Source: a virus (taxonomy: Duplodnaviria; Caudoviricetes). From it: DNA of 64,000 nt. Positions within the stretch are counted from its first letter, which is position 1. Each line of letters starts with the position of its first letter. The notes below the pieces were generated by a model. It made no database searches. It was not told the DNA's origin and worked only from the letters and a program-made list of their open reading frames with translations. Shown here piece after piece: positions 9,530 through 17,543 of the stretch. Location: positions 23,302-87,301 of the IMG/VR virus record IMGVR_UViG_3300037067_011169; one strand, given 5' to 3'. Both the position numbers and the translations under genes were made by a program.

Positions 9530-9850
9530 TTATGTGTAGGATGCAATTTCCTCTTCTGTCCAAATGAATTCCACCCCGTCACTCACTTTCAGTCCGATGA
9601 AGAACATCGGTCCCGAACTCCATGGCGCTACCTGGAGGAATTCGTCCGCAGTCCGTCCATCCTTCAACGCATGGCGGTAGAGGTGATATTCCTGATCGAA
9701 CATGCCTGTGTATGATCCGATCTGTTCCAACACTCGTGGGAGACTTTGCTTACACGTTGGGCAGATAGCCCCTCCCACCTCGTTCTCTAGTAGAAACTCG
9801 TGTGCTGAATCAGTCATCCCAATGTGTTGGTCCATCCGAATTCCCATCAC
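9530..9850 (-). CDS. Hypothetical protein with CxxC
   Basis: Strong GGAGG RBS, CPTC. Confidence 0.6.
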   Translation of the reverse strand: MMGIRMDQHIGMTDSAHEFLLENEVGGAICPTCKQSLPRVLEQIGSYTGMFDQEYHLYRHALKDGRTADEFLQVAPWSSGPMFFIGLKVSDGVEFIWTEEEIASYT

Positions 9851-10022
9851 TCCCTCCTACGGTTCCTAAGCCCTCTCTACCGTGACATCCGGGAGGGTGT
9901 GTCCCTAAACACACAACTCCAGAGTCCGTAGCGAGATAAACAGACTCACCGAATTTCACTGAGTCCCCAACACAGACTGGGCACCCTGCCAATTTCGATA
10001 AAAGACCACAGGTCTTGGCCAT
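9810..10022 (-). CDS. Small Cys/Gly-rich hypothetical protein
   Basis: GGAGGAG RBS directly after tRNA-Thr; 3' end overlaps the next gene. Confidence 0.4.
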   Translation of the reverse strand: MAKTCGLLSKLAGCPVCVGDSVKFGESVYLATDSGVVCLGTHPPGCHGREGLGTVGGSDGNSDGPTHWDD

Positions 10023-10037
10023 ATTGTCTCCTCCAAG

Positions 10038-10110
10038 AGCCAGCAGTGGGACTCGAACCCACAACCTGCTGATTACAAATCAGCGGCCCTTCCTGTTGAG
10101 CTACACTGGC
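10038..10110 (-). tRNA. tRNA-Thr(UGU), no encoded CCA
   Basis: GCCAGTG-TA-GCTC/GGGC D arm, GCTGA-TTTGTAA-TCAGC anticodon arm, GTGGG-TTCGAGT-CCCAC T arm, TGCTGGC-T. Confidence 0.93.
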
Positions 10111-10284
10111 TTACAGATGCGCTGCCATGCCTGTGCGATGCGAAATGGCCATGGCCTGTTTGATCGCACGCTTCTTTGCCCGCTTGCGGCTTTCAGGATC
10201 GCCGGCCGTATAGACATACTTCTTCCCGCGTTCACCATATTGGAACGCAGGCTTGCCGTTGACTGTCGTTCGTCTGAGTGGCAT
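10111..10284 (-). CDS. Small basic protein (57 aa); not in the ORF track
   Basis: Manual translation MPLRRTTVNGKPAFQYGERGKKYVY..KKRAIKQAMAI..HL; TAA abuts the tRNA-Thr 5' end. Confidence 0.7.
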   Translation of the reverse strand: MPLRRTTVNGKPAFQYGERGKKYVYTAGDPESRKRAKKRAIKQAMAISHRTGMAAHL

Positions 10285-10287
10285 CTG

Positions 10288-10551
10288 TCACACCTTGTTT
10301 CCGTATATGGGGTCGATCTTTCGATTCTCTTGGATGAGCACCACAACCGTGTCTAACAACTTCGTGATGGGCTCAGCATAGGCCAGCCAGTCGCCTGATA
10401 CGTCTGCATCCTTCAGCAGACGCTCCAATGTTAGCCGGGCTATCGCAATCTCATACCTGAGATGCCGGATAGCGTTGTAGCCGGCGAACCGTTCCAAATC
10501 GGCTTCACTCACTCGCTGTGTTGTCTTCGCCATTGTCATCCTCCTAAACAA
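10288..10551 (-). CDS. Hypothetical protein
   Basis: Operon fit, AGGAGG RBS near 10539. Confidence 0.6.
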   Translation of the reverse strand: MFRRMTMAKTTQRVSEADLERFAGYNAIRHLRYEIAIARLTLERLLKDADVSGDWLAYAEPITKLLDTVVVLIQENRKIDPIYGNKV

Positions 10552-11093
10552 CTGACTAAATGTGTCATGGCATCATAACCATGAAGCGAATTCCACGGCC
10601 TTGGCAACAGGACTGCCTGTCCACCTCGCTGCCGAAACTCCTCTACGTTCTCATCCCGATCGTCAATCAACAGCGACGAAGGTCTCGCACAGACGTGCTT
10701 GGAAGGACCAATCAGAAACTGCCGGCACATTTGAAAGGGTGCATTCCGCTGAATCCATTCGAGCTTTCCTGCGAGGGATTCAGGGCTGATCGTTGGTGAG
10801 GAAAGGAAATGCACATTCGTCAGTCCAACGAGGTTTTCACAGAGTTCTAGCAATTCAGGGAATTCAGTCGTGACTGGTATAGTCGCCCACATCTCCCTGG
10901 TGATTGCACCAAAGAAGGTCGCGGGAGTGAATCGGTTGTAGCCGCTGAGGAGGTTGGCCGCTGCAACGATATCCCATCCACACTCAACCGGATACTCGGA
11001 CTCATCCTTGAACGGCACGCCAAAGGAGGTCAGCAGATGGTACTGCGTCCTCGCGCATACGCCGTCGATATCCAAGAGAATCGTGTCAATCAC
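10536..11093 (-). CDS. Second HAD-family 5'(3')-deoxyribonucleotidase
   Basis: ILLDIDGV, GKLEWI, LLIDD; paralog of 5081-5608; GTG 11093. Confidence 0.82.
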   Translation of the reverse strand: MIDTILLDIDGVCARTQYHLLTSFGVPFKDESEYPVECGWDIVAAANLLSGYNRFTPATFFGAITREMWATIPVTTEFPELLELCENLVGLTNVHFLSSPTISPESLAGKLEWIQRNAPFQMCRQFLIGPSKHVCARPSSLLIDDRDENVEEFRQRGGQAVLLPRPWNSLHGYDAMTHLVSCLGG

Positions 11094-11757
11094 TGAGCGC
11101 CTCCCATCTCGTCTTGAACCTATCAAAAACAGCATTCCGGGCTTTGAGAATGTTCAGCCTGTGCATTCCCAACATGTTCCCGATCTCTGTATCCGTGTAA
11201 CCTTCCAGGTACATGCCGATGATGGAACGATCTAAATCCCCTTCACAGGACGCAAATAGTTCCTCTCGAATCTCGATTGGCCGATGGAAGTCTCGTTCCT
11301 TCAGCCGCGAGAACGCAGTCTTCTGAGTTTTGGGCCCAACGAAGCAGGGCTTGTCGATTGGCTTTTTGGCTTCTCGCGCTTTCTGCTGTGTTCGCTGAGG
11401 TATCTTGATGGTTGATTCCTCGTCCGCATCCTTCGTCATTGCCTGGTCGATGACCGTGTAGATATACCCTGTAGGGTTCACCTTCTCTGCATCCTTGGAG
11501 TCCTGCATACTCGTGACTGCTTCACACAGGCCACCGAGGGCTGCCGAGATGAGGTCCTCTCGGTAGTGAGACATGTTAGGACATTTGCGCAAGTAGGCAT
11601 TGACTCGGATGATGACGAGTCCCATGTTGCCTTCGATCATTCGCTGCCTGGCGCTGCCATCTCCATGGATCAATTGTTGGTATAGTTGGTAGTTTTCCTC
11701 TCTCGTCAATGATTTTGCGCATCCCGCTGCCTTACACCGTTCCAACAGATTCGTCAT
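11086..11757 (-). CDS. Sigma-70 family RNA polymerase sigma factor (alternative, FliA/SigB-like)
   Basis: ARQRMIEGNMGLV and EDLISAALGGLCEAV (region 2); EGYTDTEIGNMLG HTH (region 4). Confidence 0.8.
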   Translation of the reverse strand: MTNLLERCKAAGCAKSLTREENYQLYQQLIHGDGSARQRMIEGNMGLVIIRVNAYLRKCPNMSHYREDLISAALGGLCEAVTSMQDSKDAEKVNPTGYIYTVIDQAMTKDADEESTIKIPQRTQQKAREAKKPIDKPCFVGPKTQKTAFSRLKERDFHRPIEIREELFASCEGDLDRSIIGMYLEGYTDTEIGNMLGMHRLNILKARNAVFDRFKTRWEALSD

Positions 11758-12239
11758 GCTTGCAACTCATCCACTCTCCAAAGCAAGTAAGTCCCTAATC
11801 CCCTTTCCTCGCAGGCTTCTCTTGAGTAAGTGAAGACCTCTCCATCAGGATCGAAGATTGTACCGTGATCGTAGCCGACCATGTGCCCCGTTGTCAGTCC
11901 ACTGCATTCAATGACTCCACGACTCCTTTGAATCTGGTCAATGAAGTGCTTCCAATTTGCCTCCCGTGATCTCATTTCATAGACGTGACCACAGCCCGAG
12001 TCGATCACTGGCCGTAACGGGACTGGCGTCACCGTTATCCCATAATTGAGGCCAAAGTCGATGAAGTCATAGATATTGTGCCCCCGACGATTCCGGGGCT
12101 CGTCCAGTTTAGGGAAAATGATCTCGCTGCCATCATGTCCAACCATAGCAATGAAGTCGAGCACTGGAATATCAAGCACCATGGCGAATGCCGTGGCAGC
12201 GCACATCCAACGTTCAGGTTTCACTTGCAAGATCATCAT
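11754..12239 (-). CDS. Putative papain-fold (C39-like) cysteine peptidase
   Basis: Q...CAATAFAMVL N-terminal Cys helix, GHMVGY His, IFDP Asp. Confidence 0.55.
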   Translation of the reverse strand: MMILQVKPERWMCAATAFAMVLDIPVLDFIAMVGHDGSEIIFPKLDEPRNRRGHNIYDFIDFGLNYGITVTPVPLRPVIDSGCGHVYEMRSREANWKHFIDQIQRSRGVIECSGLTTGHMVGYDHGTIFDPDGEVFTYSREACEERGLGTYLLWRVDELQA

Positions 12240-12627
12240 CGAGTTCCTTTTCCAACTCATCCAATAATGTGTCCATGTCGGGAATGTTGCCCCAGGAAGG
12301 CTTCCAGAACTGCCTCCAATTCGGCGGCTGAAACAGTTTGTCGTATTCCTCTTGGGTCGCCGCCGTCAGAATCCAAATTCCGCAGTGGTAACGCTCCCAG
12401 ATGGGCCATTTACGCTTCTGTTCTTTGGTGAAGTTGTAACGACCGGGATTCTTCACATCTATCCAACGCTCGCCCCAATGAGGATGGTGGCAATACAAGT
12501 CTGGGATGCCATACTGAAAGGCATTGCCAATCATCCGCTCCACCAACCAGCCCCTATCACGCAAAAATCTTCGCAGGTCCTCTTGGATGTACCATTCAGG
12601 TCCGTGCTTTCGTCTGCCTAATTTCAT
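12214..12627 (-). CDS. VRR-NUC domain nuclease
   Basis: E..IQ, GIPDL, WIDVK, EQK motifs. Confidence 0.75.
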   Translation of the reverse strand: MKLGRRKHGPEWYIQEDLRRFLRDRGWLVERMIGNAFQYGIPDLYCHHPHWGERWIDVKNPGRYNFTKEQKRKWPIWERYHCGIWILTAATQEEYDKLFQPPNWRQFWKPSWGNIPDMDTLLDELEKELDDDLASET

Positions 12628-12994
12628 CCACGATCGCCTTCCATATCTCGTAACAGACTCTCTGGTACCATGGTCGGATGAGCGGATCGAGAATGCGACC
12701 ATTCATCCAAATCACGTCTTTGGTTTCCTTGCCATCGAGCACTTTTACCCTCTGGATTCTGGTTGCCGTTTTCATGCGCCGATAGAGAATCCTCGATTGA
12801 ATCAGAGCTTTCTTCAGTGCCTTCTTCTCTGCTGGCCGAAGGTTCTTGATTACTCCCACTTCGATTCGAGGCCATGGAAAATACCAACGCCGCCAAACCT
12901 TAGCCACTGACCACACGTAATCAGGTGTGAACGTGATAGCTGTCTCGTAGCCACTGTAGGCATCCTGATAGGTTTGGACTTTGAAGACGATCAT
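12596..12994 (-). CDS. Hypothetical protein
   Basis: Operon fit with ATGA overlap. Confidence 0.55.
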   Translation of the reverse strand: MIVFKVQTYQDAYSGYETAITFTPDYVWSVAKVWRRWYFPWPRIEVGVIKNLRPAEKKALKKALIQSRILYRRMKTATRIQRVKVLDGKETKDVIWMNGRILDPLIRPWYQRVCYEIWKAIVDEIRQTKART

Positions 12995-13194
12995 AGGACT
13001 ATCCAGATCGGGACCCAGTGTCCATCACTCCAGAGTTCTGTTCTCGTGTACCTCACTACATCAATTGGCGTGCAATCAACCGGCTCATTCGGGCAATAAC
13101 TAATTGGCCGTCTTAGACCTCGAAGACAATCAAACCAAGGACTGTCCGCCACTATGTCTTTGCCGTGGTTTGGCCCGCCGATGCACAACATCAC
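12991..13194 (-). CDS. Hypothetical protein
   Basis: CIGGPNHG N-terminus, ATGA overlaps on both sides. Confidence 0.55.
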   Translation of the reverse strand: MMLCIGGPNHGKDIVADSPWFDCLRGLRRPISYCPNEPVDCTPIDVVRYTRTELWSDGHWVPIWIVL

Positions 13195-15728
13195 ATCATC
13201 TCCGGGGCCCGGACCTTGACCTTATTGGGGCCATTCTTCTTCTCTGCCCAATTGGCCATTCGTTCAAACCAAGTCATCCCGATCAACGGAACATACTTTC
13301 GATACGACTCCACGATGGTTCTCACGACTTGCCTGACCTGATCCACCATGGTTGGATGTGTCGAGCACATCAGTTCATCATGGACGTTCATTGGGCCAAC
13401 CAGGAATTCATGGACTCCCGCCGGCTGCAAGTTCCATATCCCTCGTTGAAGGGCCTTCGTAATCTGACTGCCGGGAGACTGAATTTCGTGATTGGCTGCG
13501 GCTCTCATGTTAGCCGCTTGAATTTGGAATGCCGCCGCATACAAGGCACTGGTTACAGCACCACCAGCCGTTTGAATCCGATCTCGACGGGTAACCTTGA
13601 TCTTCGCGTCCCGCCAGTTCTTCGGCGGCTTCCGCGCCAGGTCAAATAGGGCTCGACAAATCTTGTTCTCTAGGGTGAAATACCGGCGGAACCCCAGGAA
13701 GCTCTCAACGTATTCAGCCGGTTCATGCCAGACGACTTTCGACCCAATGCCAGCAGGCTGAACCATCGAACAGAATTTCCGGTGAATTCGCTCTCGGGCT
13801 TTGCCAATCCCTTTGTATTTTTCAGCCCACTGGGTATCGGCCTTCTTCGCTCGTTCCTCACTGATACTCAAATTGCGCATCAGCGTTCGCCAATTGCCGC
13901 CGTAAATCTCCGCGAAGACTCCGCTCTTGCCCTTGTTGTACTTGGTCTTGTCCGCGATGACTTCCTCATAGGCACAGTCAAAGAGGATCATTGCAAACAG
14001 GGCATGGACTTTCTTCGTTGTGATTCCCGTGCCTTCGCAGTCGTCACAGTCTGGTTTCTTGCCGCCACACTTGCACGGAGCCTTGGTGATTAGGGTTCGC
14101 CGCAATTCTGGGTCGTTGTAGACAGCGTCTGCAATTGTTACCTCAAAACTGTCGAAGTCGCCGCCGCATAGCAAATAGCCGGACCAAGCAAGAGGGAACA
14201 GTGCGCGGACCACGTCCGAGTTTCTAATCCCTTGTGCGTTCAATCCGTCGCCACCTGACATTCGATTGGACAGCGTGCCAACGACGTTGAAGGAGGCATG
14301 GAACTTTCCAGCAAACAACAACTTGTCGAATAACTCTCGCTCCTTCGCAGCGTGCTTGATCGCCAGCAATTCTCTTGCACGGATGGCTGCTGGATGTTCC
14401 TGACCCGCAACCAGACGCCCTTTTCCTCCGCACCGCTGGCATACTCCCTTGGGCAATTGTCCAGTGCCGCCGCATTTCATGCAGTGCTCGGGGTCCTTGA
14501 TCCGTTCCCAGGTCTCGATCGAAATCAGATCGCCGTCTTCATCTTCCTCAAGTTCCTCAAGCAACTGCTGAGATGTCTTGATCTTGAAGTCACGAACAAC
14601 TTCAAGGTTTTGCTTCTTCGTTGATTCCTGGATATTAGTCAGGCTCTCCACATCATCCATGACTTCCAGCATGTACTTACGCACTTCCGCCGGCTTGTTG
14701 ATGTTGACTGGACTCGAATCGACTATCGCCTGAGCCTTGGCTCGGAGTTCCTTCATACCCTCAATGTCGATCGTGAAGCCTCTCCATCGGATGACAGCCA
14801 CCATGCAAGCCAAGATGGAGTCATCATCATTGGGCTCTGGGCAGCCAAAATGCTTATCCAGCGCCCTTGTATAAACAATGTCGTCAGTCGCGTAATCTCT
14901 TGCATCCGGCCTTGTGGACCAGTGGTCGATGAAGTGATGGATAACGGCTGGCCAGGCATAGCCAACCAACTTGTCCTTGCCGTCGGCCGCCTTCCATACC
15001 TGCCAATGGCGGTCTGGGTTGCTCACTGCTAGAGCGGTTGGGGCGTATCCGTACTCAAATGGCCTCCATCTGGGATCAGGTTCCACGTCCTTATAGTGGT
15101 ACTTGGGCTTCAGTCCCAAAGCATGTTCAGCAAGAAACTTCAAGCCGCCGGCCGGATTGAACCGAAGCACGACATCCTTGAAGTCCTCATCTACCAATCC
15201 ATCTCTCGTATGCCTGTCGAATACGTGCCACTTCGGTGCGTCCTTATCCGCACTCCTAGCAAAATAGATCGAATCCAGTTCGATCCGTGATTCCAACTCC
15301 TGAGCCAACGCATACGCCAGGACCGTTGGGACCTTGCGGATGCGAATGTCTTCTCGCGCCATGAGACTCTGGTAGGGTCCCTTTCGAGAATGCAGAAGCA
15401 AATCCAAGGCTCCCGCCGGCTTCACGCACGGGCCCTCTTGTCCCTTGGGCTCTAGTAGGGCAATCTCCTCTATGTGTTCACAGGGAATCCAGCCGGGATC
15501 ACACAGTCTGAATGTGGTATAGCACTTTGCCAGATGGAACCAATCAAACGCCAGATTGAAGCCAACGACGGTGCCCTCGCACAGCCACTCAATTAGCGCC
15601 AATGTCTCTCTGACAGGACGCTTCCAGACTTCATGAAGAACAATGGGACCATCTTCGACTGCATACTGAATCAATACGACTTGCGAATGAAGACCACACG
15701 TCTCCGTATCAATGTAGACTTTCTTCAT
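13191..15728 (-). CDS. polA: DNA polymerase family A with 3'-5' exonuclease domain and Cys-rich insertions
   Basis: IDTET (ExoI), GFNLAFD (ExoII), DFDSFE (motif A), KSGVFAEIYGG (motif B), VHDEL (motif C). Confidence 0.93.
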   Translation of the reverse strand: MKKVYIDTETCGLHSQVVLIQYAVEDGPIVLHEVWKRPVRETLALIEWLCEGTVVGFNLAFDWFHLAKCYTTFRLCDPGWIPCEHIEEIALLEPKGQEGPCVKPAGALDLLLHSRKGPYQSLMAREDIRIRKVPTVLAYALAQELESRIELDSIYFARSADKDAPKWHVFDRHTRDGLVDEDFKDVVLRFNPAGGLKFLAEHALGLKPKYHYKDVEPDPRWRPFEYGYAPTALAVSNPDRHWQVWKAADGKDKLVGYAWPAVIHHFIDHWSTRPDARDYATDDIVYTRALDKHFGCPEPNDDDSILACMVAVIRWRGFTIDIEGMKELRAKAQAIVDSSPVNINKPAEVRKYMLEVMDDVESLTNIQESTKKQNLEVVRDFKIKTSQQLLEELEEDEDGDLISIETWERIKDPEHCMKCGGTGQLPKGVCQRCGGKGRLVAGQEHPAAIRARELLAIKHAAKERELFDKLLFAGKFHASFNVVGTLSNRMSGGDGLNAQGIRNSDVVRALFPLAWSGYLLCGGDFDSFEVTIADAVYNDPELRRTLITKAPCKCGGKKPDCDDCEGTGITTKKVHALFAMILFDCAYEEVIADKTKYNKGKSGVFAEIYGGNWRTLMRNLSISEERAKKADTQWAEKYKGIGKARERIHRKFCSMVQPAGIGSKVVWHEPAEYVESFLGFRRYFTLENKICRALFDLARKPPKNWRDAKIKVTRRDRIQTAGGAVTSALYAAAFQIQAANMRAAANHEIQSPGSQITKALQRGIWNLQPAGVHEFLVGPMNVHDELMCSTHPTMVDQVRQVVRTIVESYRKYVPLIGMTWFERMANWAEKKNGPNKVKVRAPEMM

Positions 15729-16123
15729 TTCACCGAAGGCTTAGGTGTAAAAATCTTGTAGCCGTCCTCGTCGTACCGTAGATCACCATAGTACCGCTCA
15801 TCCAAGGCTGTCATCTTCTCTTCCTCTTCGAGGCTGTACCGTTCGAGTCGCTCCTGGGCATCCCAGGCTCTCAAGGCATCACGCATCGTATCGAACAACC
15901 CAAGATGGGTCCCGAGGAAGTAGCACTCGAACTGATCTGCCACTTGAGTGACGCCCTGCCCAAAGGGAATCAATCGATGACATCTGGGCGCAGGAACCCT
16001 AGTCCCGGCTCGCAAGGCTTCCCGGATATCATCAATCTCCTCTTGCTCTAACCTGTATACGACCCGCCCACCGGGCAATGTGATCGGATACATGAATTCG
16101 TGTTCATAGGTGCCTAACATCAA
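15725..16123 (-). CDS. Hypothetical protein
   Basis: GAGG RBS, ATGA overlap with polymerase. Confidence 0.65.
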   Translation of the reverse strand: MMLGTYEHEFMYPITLPGGRVVYRLEQEEIDDIREALRAGTRVPAPRCHRLIPFGQGVTQVADQFECYFLGTHLGLFDTMRDALRAWDAQERLERYSLEEEEKMTALDERYYGDLRYDEDGYKIFTPKPSVK

Positions 16124-16145
16124 ACAGACCTCACAGGTGAATAGA

Positions 16146-16268
16146 TGACGACCGACAGGACTCGAACCTGCATCACCCGCTTAAATGGCGATAACGCTGT
16201 CCAGTCGGCCCAGAGGGGCAAGAAGCGGACAGCAGTATTAGGTGCTCTGCCGTTAAGCTACGGTCGTC
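16146..16268 (-). tRNA. tRNA-like gene (Lys-like) with a 50-nt insertion in the anticodon arm
   Basis: GACGACCG/CGGTCGTC acceptor plus A, GCTT-AACGGCA-GAGC D arm, GCAGG-TTCGAGT-CCTGT T arm; removing 16191-16240 gives CCCGC-CATTTAA-GCGGG. Confidence 0.75.
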
Positions 16269-16332
16269 GTGTGAACAAGAGATGGGTGATTCAAGGTCAT
16301 CAAAGGTCATCCAGGGACCATCCACTCTTCCT

Positions 16333-16366
16333 CTATACATACAACGCAAAAGATAGTGATTGTGGA
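16333..16366 (-). promoter_or_regulatory. Possible degenerate copy of the 39-bp motif, upstream of the tRNA-like gene and polA
   Basis: CCACAATCACTATCTTTTGCGTTGTATGTATAG resembles GAACAATTT-N7-TTCTGCGCTACTGTATTAG. Confidence 0.35.
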
Positions 16367-17164
16367 CTACAATTTACCCATCTTTGCCAAAGAAATATCC
16401 TTGTCCAATTCCTCATCAGTGATATAACCCGCAAACCACGCCCCGAACCGTGTAGTCAGACCACCCAGGCCCTCTCCCAACAACTGGCTGATTCGTTGGT
16501 TCACTTCCTTCTTGGTTCGTCGGAAGCGAAATTTCCTTCGGAACTTCGGGGTGACAAATCGTTTCTTCCTGGTCTTCCGTGCGCCAATGAGTTCCTTCGC
16601 CGCCACGACCTGTTCTTCTGGAGACAGGGTCACAAGAATCTCGACATCCAACATCGTCAACATTCTCGCTGCTACCTGCTTCTGAATCTGCTCGGGGAGC
16701 TTGAGTAACCTAAGCCGTTGATGGACCCAGCGGGTATTCCGTTTCACCTCTTTACTGATAGTCTTCAGGCTTGCGCCCTCGGGGAAGAGTTTCTGAAGTG
16801 ACTTAGCCTCCTCCAAAGGATTCAAGTCCTTCCGCTCAAGGTTCTCAGTCACGTTGAGAATCTCCGCGCCTCGATCTGTGAGACCTATTCGGATGTTCGC
16901 CCGAATTGTCTTCCACTTCAGGAAATGCTTCACGGCGTCCAATCGACGAAAGCCGGCGACCAATCGATATTTGGTGGGGAAGTCGATCTGACTATCCTCC
17001 CTGCGCTGGAGAACCACTGGGAACTCCAACCCTTCCGCCTCGATGCTCTCCGCAAGATTCCGAATCGACTCTGGTAGAAAGGTATCACGACAATTGAATG
17101 ATGGATCGACCCAGATGTCCTTTATCGGGACCTCGTATACGTCATATTCTGTCAAGCGTTCCAT
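16367..17164 (-). CDS. ParB/RepB/Spo0J family protein
   Basis: LAESIEAEGLEFPVVL, LVAGFRRL, ENLERKDLNPLEEA, followed by HTH. Confidence 0.9.
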   Translation of the reverse strand: MERLTEYDVYEVPIKDIWVDPSFNCRDTFLPESIRNLAESIEAEGLEFPVVLQRREDSQIDFPTKYRLVAGFRRLDAVKHFLKWKTIRANIRIGLTDRGAEILNVTENLERKDLNPLEEAKSLQKLFPEGASLKTISKEVKRNTRWVHQRLRLLKLPEQIQKQVAARMLTMLDVEILVTLSPEEQVVAAKELIGARKTRKKRFVTPKFRRKFRFRRTKKEVNQRISQLLGEGLGGLTTRFGAWFAGYITDEELDKDISLAKMGKL

Positions 17165-17179
17165 TCAGGCTCCCTCAAA

Positions 17180-17252
17180 CTGCGTCACCTGGTCTCGAAC
17201 CAGGAACCACCGCATTAACAGTGCGGCGCTCTACCAATTGAGCTATGACGCA
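17180..17252 (-). tRNA. tRNA-Asn(GUU), no encoded CCA
   Basis: TGCGTCA-TA-GCTC/GAGC, CCGCA-CTGTTAA-TGCGG, CCTGG-TTCGAGA-CCAGG, TGACGCA-G. Confidence 0.95.
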
Positions 17253-17258
17253 CTGTGT

Positions 17259-17540
17259 TCATTTCACTGGAAATGGGATACAGACACACTCCTCTTCATT
17301 GGCCTCTTGCAGGATGGCATCCAAGTCATCCATCACAGCCAGCGCTTCCCTGGTCTCGTCATCAGCCGGATCATAGGTCTCTCTGAAAATGTCGTTCTTG
17401 ATGGGATACTGTTCTCCATGCACGCCGGTAATGACCCAATCACCGCCATTACCCTTCATGTCGCCTTCCAGCGTGTGGATCACGAAAGGGTTGTTCATTC
17501 GCTCTGCGGCAACTGGAATTAGTTTCTTCACGAACTTCAT
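17259..17540 (-). CDS. Hypothetical protein (PGDYG-like)
   Basis: IHTLEGDMKGNGGDWVITGVHGEQYPIK..IF..TY pattern. Confidence 0.65.
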   Translation of the reverse strand: MKFVKKLIPVAAERMNNPFVIHTLEGDMKGNGGDWVITGVHGEQYPIKNDIFRETYDPADDETREALAVMDDLDAILQEANEEECVCIPFPVK

Positions 17541-17543
17541 GCT

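Noticed and set aside
13191-15728. Inteins or introns in the polymerase, RNR, helicase or terminase
   Set aside because: Frames are continuous, sizes are normal, and there are no intein splice motifs or homing endonuclease motifs; the inserts are short zinc fingers
16146-16268. Reading the tRNA-like gene as tRNA-His (G-1:C73), tRNA-Sec (8/5 fold), tmRNA or Y RNA
   Set aside because: No GUG or UCA anticodon loop, no G3-U70 or tag ORF, a D stem is present, and the arm order is not permuted
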